From: Candidatus Latescibacterota bacterium
GTDB taxonomy: Bacteria; Latescibacterota; UBA2968; UBA8231
Length of the DNA: 64,000 bases
Direction: 5' to 3'
NCBI GenBank assembly: GCA_965248265.1
Contig: CBDFJF010000002.1
Span: 2,784,001 to 2,848,000, forward strand
Shown piece after piece: positions 59,095-64,000 of this stretch. The number at the start of each line of letters is the position of its first letter. Position 1 is the first letter of the stretch. The translations under genes were made by a program, and so were the position numbers. The notes below the pieces were generated by a model that worked only from the letters and a program-made list of their open reading frames with translations, was not told the DNA's origin and searched no databases.

Positions 59095-61593
59095 ATGGCC
59101 GCCTACGAATCGATCGACATATCAGGTGCGTGCAATGCCGGAGCAGAGCTCTTCGGTGAGGACGAGTTTCCGAGCGGAGAGCAGACCTTTCAAGGGCTGC
59201 CCTTCGCCATCGGCGGCAACGGCGCCACAGCGACACAATGTCTCATCGCCGCCGGGCCCGGACATGCGACGGATCCGCTTTCCATTCCGATCGGTGCAGA
59301 GGCGCACCATGTGGTTTTCGCTCACCGCTTGCTCGAATCGCAAATCTCGAAGGGCGGACCGATTGGCGAGGAGGTGGGGGCTTACGTGTTTCACCTGGCC
59401 GGTGGAGAATCCCACACGGTATCCGTGCGCGAACGCTTCGAGATCTGCACCGTGCCACCGGACGGCGGAGCGCCGTTCCTGGCCAATCCGGACCATGCCG
59501 ACGAGGTGCTGCCGCGCTGGAAGGGCCATTGGACCGACGCGGGCCGGCGCCAGACGGAAGTCAACCGCGGGACAGCGAGATGGTTCGTGCTGTGGTCGTG
59601 GAGGAATCCGACGCCTGACAAACCGATCCAGTCGATCGAAGTCGTCCCCGGCTCTCGGGTGCTGGCTATCGGCGGCATCACGCTGAGCCACCTCGAGGAA
59701 GACCCGATCTGTCGGGAAGGGCTGCGCGACGTCGTCATTACCCTGACCCAGGAGAAGGACGCAGAGAAACCGTTCGACTTGGAGGTCGTCGTCGACCGCG
59801 GGGTGGCGACGTATCCGTACCCGCTGCCCGAGATGACGGCTGACGAGTTCGTGAAGGACGACCACAAGGGTTGGGGAGAGCCGCAGAACGAGAAGAGCAG
59901 CCCGACCCAGGTCGAGATTGCTGCCTCTCCGTCGGCGACGGTGACGGTGAACCGTGGAGGCGAGCCGCTAGGAAACGTGAACTGGGGAGAGGTGCTCGAG
60001 CGTGGCGAGGCAACGTCGGAATCGCGGGTGCATGTTGAACTCGTCGATAGCGGTCGCACCTGGGTGCACACGAGAGTAATCGATGATGCAACCGGCAAGC
60101 CAGTGCCTTGCCGCATCCATTTTCGTTCGCCCAAGGGAGTGGCCTATGCACCGCACGGCCACCACGCCCACGTGAATTCGAACAACGGCACTTGGCATTT
60201 CGACGTCGGCGGTGATATGCGACTCGGCCAGGCGTCCTACGCCTACATCGACGGAACGTGCCAGGGTTGGCTGCCCCGTGGCGAGGTGATCGTCGACGTG
60301 GCGCGCGGATTCGAGTACGAGCCGGTTCGGCAGAAACTGGAAATCAAGGACGGCCAACGCGAGCTGGAGCTGAGACTGAAGCGCTGGTGCCACATGAGCG
60401 AGGATGGGTGGTACAGCGGTGACTCACACGTGCACTTTCTCTCGGCACAGGGCAGTCACACTGAGGCGAACGGCGAAGATCTGAATGTCGTCAACATGCT
60501 GCAGTCGCAGTGGGGCACCCTGTTCACGGACAAACAGGAGTTCACCGGCGGTCCCAGCGTCTCGGACGACGGCAACAGCATCGTCTACGTCTCACAGGAA
60601 AACAGGCAGCATTTCCTCGGTCATCTGATCCTGTGGGGGTTGAAAGAGCCGGTCATGCCCTGGTGCTCGGACGGCCCCGGTGAGGCGGAGCTCGGGGGCA
60701 CGCTGGAAGTGACGATGTCGGACTGGGCTGACCAGACCCACGAGCAGGGTGGGACTGTGGTCATTCCCCATCTGCCCAATCCGAATGGGGAACCGGCAAC
60801 GCTGATCGCCACCGGTCGGGCCGACGCGGTCGAAATGTTGCGTCACGCCGAATTCAATCATCACGAGTACTATCGATATCTCAATTGCGGCTACAAGCTG
60901 CCGCTCGTGGGTGGCACCGACAAGATGTCGAGTGACGTGCCGGTGGGGATCTATCGCACCTACGCCAAGCTGGGGCCGAACGAAGAATTCAACTACGACA
61001 CATGGTGTGCCGCGGTGACGGCAGGCCGGACAGTCCACAGCGGCGGACCGATGCTCAAGTTCAGTGTCGATGGCCACGAAATCGGCGACACAGTGAGCTT
61101 GCCGGGAAACGGCGGCACCGTCGAAGTCGAGGCGGAGGCGGAGAGCATTTTTCCCATCCACTGCCTGCAGGTGGTGCAGGAGGGCCGGGTCGTGGCGGAG
61201 ACATCTGAGGCAACCGGCGCACGCAAGCTCCATCTCAAAGCGCCGGTACAGGTCAGCGGTCACTCCTGGTTGGCGGCGCGGGTGTCAGGCCCGAACTATG
61301 CGTCGGTACCGCATTACGACGGCTGGGGGCGGGGCATCTTCGCCCATACGTCACCCGTCTACATCGCCTGCGGTGGGGAGTGGTGGATGTTCAACCAGGA
61401 CACGGCGACCTACATGCTGACCCTCGTCGATGGCTGCATCGAGTACATCCGCAACACCAGCCGCCTCCACGAAAAAGGAACGGTCACCCATCATCACGGA
61501 GAACAGGATCACCTGGAATACCTGGAACGGCCGTTCCACCAGGCGCGTGCGGCGCTCCACAAACGCATGCACAAGCTGGGGATTCCGCACTGA
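59095..61593 (+). CDS. CehA/McbA-like PHP-domain metallohydrolase
   Basis: WYSGDSHVH, GHLILWG, YYRYLNCG..LVGGTD, AHTSPVY. Confidence 0.7.
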   Translation: MAAYESIDISGACNAGAELFGEDEFPSGEQTFQGLPFAIGGNGATATQCLIAAGPGHATDPLSIPIGAEAHHVVFAHRLLESQISKGGPIGEEVGAYVFHLAGGESHTVSVRERFEICTVPPDGGAPFLANPDHADEVLPRWKGHWTDAGRRQTEVNRGTARWFVLWSWRNPTPDKPIQSIEVVPGSRVLAIGGITLSHLEEDPICREGLRDVVITLTQEKDAEKPFDLEVVVDRGVATYPYPLPEMTADEFVKDDHKGWGEPQNEKSSPTQVEIAASPSATVTVNRGGEPLGNVNWGEVLERGEATSESRVHVELVDSGRTWVHTRVIDDATGKPVPCRIHFRSPKGVAYAPHGHHAHVNSNNGTWHFDVGGDMRLGQASYAYIDGTCQGWLPRGEVIVDVARGFEYEPVRQKLEIKDGQRELELRLKRWCHMSEDGWYSGDSHVHFLSAQGSHTEANGEDLNVVNMLQSQWGTLFTDKQEFTGGPSVSDDGNSIVYVSQENRQHFLGHLILWGLKEPVMPWCSDGPGEAELGGTLEVTMSDWADQTHEQGGTVVIPHLPNPNGEPATLIATGRADAVEMLRHAEFNHHEYYRYLNCGYKLPLVGGTDKMSSDVPVGIYRTYAKLGPNEEFNYDTWCAAVTAGRTVHSGGPMLKFSVDGHEIGDTVSLPGNGGTVEVEAEAESIFPIHCLQVVQEGRVVAETSEATGARKLHLKAPVQVSGHSWLAARVSGPNYASVPHYDGWGRGIFAHTSPVYIACGGEWWMFNQDTATYMLTLVDGCIEYIRNTSRLHEKGTVTHHHGEQDHLEYLERPFHQARAALHKRMHKLGIPH

Positions 61594-61880
61594 GAACCGA
61601 GTTCAGCGACGTCACGGTTTTGTCTGTTCGCGTGCCGGACCCAACGGTACCCGGATGTGCGCGTTGGCCTGGGCAAGGGAATCCGTATCTGCTCAGAGCA
61701 TCGGCACAACCCGCTATCGTCGCCTCGATCGGTATCGCCGCAGAGTCGAAGGCGTAGGCTCGGGTACGGACCAGGTCCGCGGTGGCTGCCACGGGGTCAT
61801 GGGTCGCCTGTGCCAACAGATTGCGAGTCGCCTGCAGTTCACGGTCCAGGCCAGCGGCTTTGGCGTGCAGCTGCGAGGGA

Positions 61881-62852
61881 CTAGCTCTTGTTGCTGGTGT
61901 GCCAGTCGGCCATGACCTGCTCGGTGCGCCGGATTAATTCTTCGTCTTTCTCACTGCGCACAGCCGTGGGGTCCTGTCCGGTCCAGTCGTAATACCCCTT
62001 GCCGGCGTCGAGGCCGGTTTCACCGCGTTCGACCATGGCCTGCAGAAAGGCCAGCGGCTCTTCCCAGCCACCCAGCTCCTTCCACAAATGGCCGGCCACA
62101 CTGACGTGCATCTTGAGACCGTTGATGTCGCGTTGCTTGAGCGGGCCCGCCGTCGTGAACCGCGGGGATAGACCCAGCTGGACTGCCAGGTCGATGGACT
62201 CGGCGTCGGCGACACCGGTGACGAGCAAGTGTACAGCTTCACGAATGATGGCATGCTGCAGGCGATTGATCAGAAAACCGGGGCCATCCTTGTTCACTCG
62301 AACGGTAAGTCGTCCCAACCGCTCCCAGATTTCGCAGGACCGATCCATGGTCTCGTCGGAGGTTTTGTCGCCGCGAATGATTTCGACGACGGGGACGATG
62401 TGCGCGGGTTGTACAAAGTGGGAGCCGCCGATGCGGTCCTGATGAGTCATGCGTTCGCCCAGGGTTGTAATCGGCAAGCCGGAAGTGTTGCTGGCGAGCA
62501 CGGTTTCGCGCGGTGCGATCGCATCCATCTGTTCGAAGAGTACCTGCTTGCCTTCCAGGTTTTCGGAGATCGATTCGACGACGAACTCGGCCGAGTCAAC
62601 AGCGTCTACCACGTCCGTGGTGGGTCTGATCCGATTGACGACGGCGTCGGCGGTTTCTCCTCGTAACTGATCGTGTCTCTCCAGGTCGCCGGCATAACGG
62701 CGGATATTCGCTATTGCATTGTCCAGGGTCTCTTGCCGGCGACTCATCAATACGGCTTCAGTGCTGCCCAGCGCCAGTACCAGAGTGATCTGACTCCCCA
62801 TCAATCCACCGCCCATGACGGCTGACTTATTCAGAAAAAGATCCTGTCCCAT
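61881..62852 (-). CDS. 3-hydroxyacyl-CoA dehydrogenase family protein
   Basis: GGGLMG, ESISENL, ASNTSG, SHFVQP, PGFLINRLQ. Confidence 0.9.
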   Translation of the reverse strand: MGQDLFLNKSAVMGGGLMGSQITLVLALGSTEAVLMSRRQETLDNAIANIRRYAGDLERHDQLRGETADAVVNRIRPTTDVVDAVDSAEFVVESISENLEGKQVLFEQMDAIAPRETVLASNTSGLPITTLGERMTHQDRIGGSHFVQPAHIVPVVEIIRGDKTSDETMDRSCEIWERLGRLTVRVNKDGPGFLINRLQHAIIREAVHLLVTGVADAESIDLAVQLGLSPRFTTAGPLKQRDINGLKMHVSVAGHLWKELGGWEEPLAFLQAMVERGETGLDAGKGYYDWTGQDPTAVRSEKDEELIRRTEQVMADWHTSNKS

Positions 62853-62949
62853 GGTTCCCCTTTTTCATATTCCTTTACTTCGTGAATGCGGCTGTTGAGA
62901 GTGCGGACAAAAAAGATATCACACAACAAGAGAACGGGTAAGGTGAGAC

Positions 62950-64000
62950 ATGGCTGACTACGGACTCTACTGGGGCGAAATCCACAACCACAACGAACTG
63001 GGTTACGCTCAGGGTAGTATCGGGCGCAGCTACGACATCGCGCGCTCGCACCTTGATTTCTATTCCTTCACTCCGCACGGTCTCCACGCCGATGGGGGCT
63101 CGCCCGATGGTTTTCCGATTGTCAACGCCAACTGGGACAAGATCAGGCAGGCTGCCATTGACTATAATGCCCCCGGTGCATTCACCTGCTTTCTCGGCTA
63201 TGAGTGGCACTCACATCGGTGGGGGCATCTGCACGTGGTCAGCGCAGAGGATGCCGAGTCCATGTTCTGCGCCAGTTCGTACCAGGAGCTGCAGGATCAT
63301 TTTCGCGGTCGGCCCACGATCATGGTGCCGCACCACACCGGCTATCATCAAGGCGTCGATTGGGAGCTGTTCGACGAGGAAGTCTCTCCCGTGGTCGAGA
63401 TTTTTTCGGAGCATGGTTGCTCTGAGCGGGATATCGGTTCGTTCCCGATGCTCGGGCACAGTGGCGGCCCGGGAGCGTCGCAATTCACGCTGCAGCAAGG
63501 CCTGGCACTAGGTCACAAATTCGGCTTCACGGCCGGTACCGATAACCATGACGGTTATCCCGCCGGGTACGGGTTGGGCCTGACCGGCGTGTGGGCACGG
63601 GAGAACACGCGCGAGGGGATTTTGGAAGCATTGCGGGCCCGCCGCACCCTCGCCGTCACCGGAGATCGGATCTGCCTCACCTTCAATGCCGGAGATGCGC
63701 CCATGGGTAGCGTCGTTGAGGGGAGCAGCCCCACGGAATTGTCTTACGAAGTGCAAGGATGGGACTTCATCAAACAGGTCGAGTTGGTGCGCGACAACGT
63801 GCCGGTCCAGGTGAAGACGCCTGACTACACGGCCCCACAGGCATCGGGTGAGCAGCTCTACCGGGTGCGCCTTGAGTACGGCTGGGGGCCGATGAAGGGG
63901 TACCAGGTCTACGACTGGAAGGGCAGCCTGAAGGTCGAACACGGCTGCCTGAAGCAGGTGATACCCTGCTTTACTTCTGATCCCTTTGACGAGCAGCGGC
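62950..64000 (+). CDS. DUF3604/PHP-like protein (3'-partial)
   Basis: MADYGLYWGEIHNH, GYEWH, PHHTGY, GFTAGTDNHDG; no stop within the window. Confidence 0.7.
   Translation, partial: MADYGLYWGEIHNHNELGYAQGSIGRSYDIARSHLDFYSFTPHGLHADGGSPDGFPIVNANWDKIRQAAIDYNAPGAFTCFLGYEWHSHRWGHLHVVSAEDAESMFCASSYQELQDHFRGRPTIMVPHHTGYHQGVDWELFDEEVSPVVEIFSEHGCSERDIGSFPMLGHSGGPGASQFTLQQGLALGHKFGFTAGTDNHDGYPAGYGLGLTGVWARENTREGILEALRARRTLAVTGDRICLTFNAGDAPMGSVVEGSSPTELSYEVQGWDFIKQVELVRDNVPVQVKTPDYTAPQASGEQLYRVRLEYGWGPMKGYQVYDWKGSLKVEHGCLKQVIPCFTSDPFDEQR

Overview
GC-rich bacterial window. The gene content (many Gfo/Idh/MocA oxidoreductases, PhyH dioxygenases, BNR/LamG/GH-like secreted proteins, a DUF6785-type membrane protein, a CehA/McbA-type hydrolase) resembles Latescibacterota/Poribacteria/PVC-type organisms; this taxonomy is inference only. 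The first ~18 kb is a mosaic island. Secreted glycoside-hydrolase-like genes and oxidoreductases are interleaved with one near-complete IS91-family (HUH/Y2) element, at least six transposase fragments and seven co-oriented oriIS-like ends. An intact IS110 element (2743-4280) sits inside one of these oriIS-like ends. It has a CT core, a split TTGACA-17-TATAAT circle-junction promoter and a readable bridge RNA. Its donor guides match its own ends and its target guides spell an IS91 oriIS-like sequence, so it appears to be an RNA-guided recombinase aimed at another transposon family's origin. The remainder is catabolic and accessory genes, an HTH-MNT/HEPN toxin-antitoxin pair with a palindromic promoter, a DUF1538/PII-like module, and many truncated or internally deleted gene remnants. 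No rRNA, tRNA or CRISPR array was seen. All product calls come from motif recognition by eye, not database searches.
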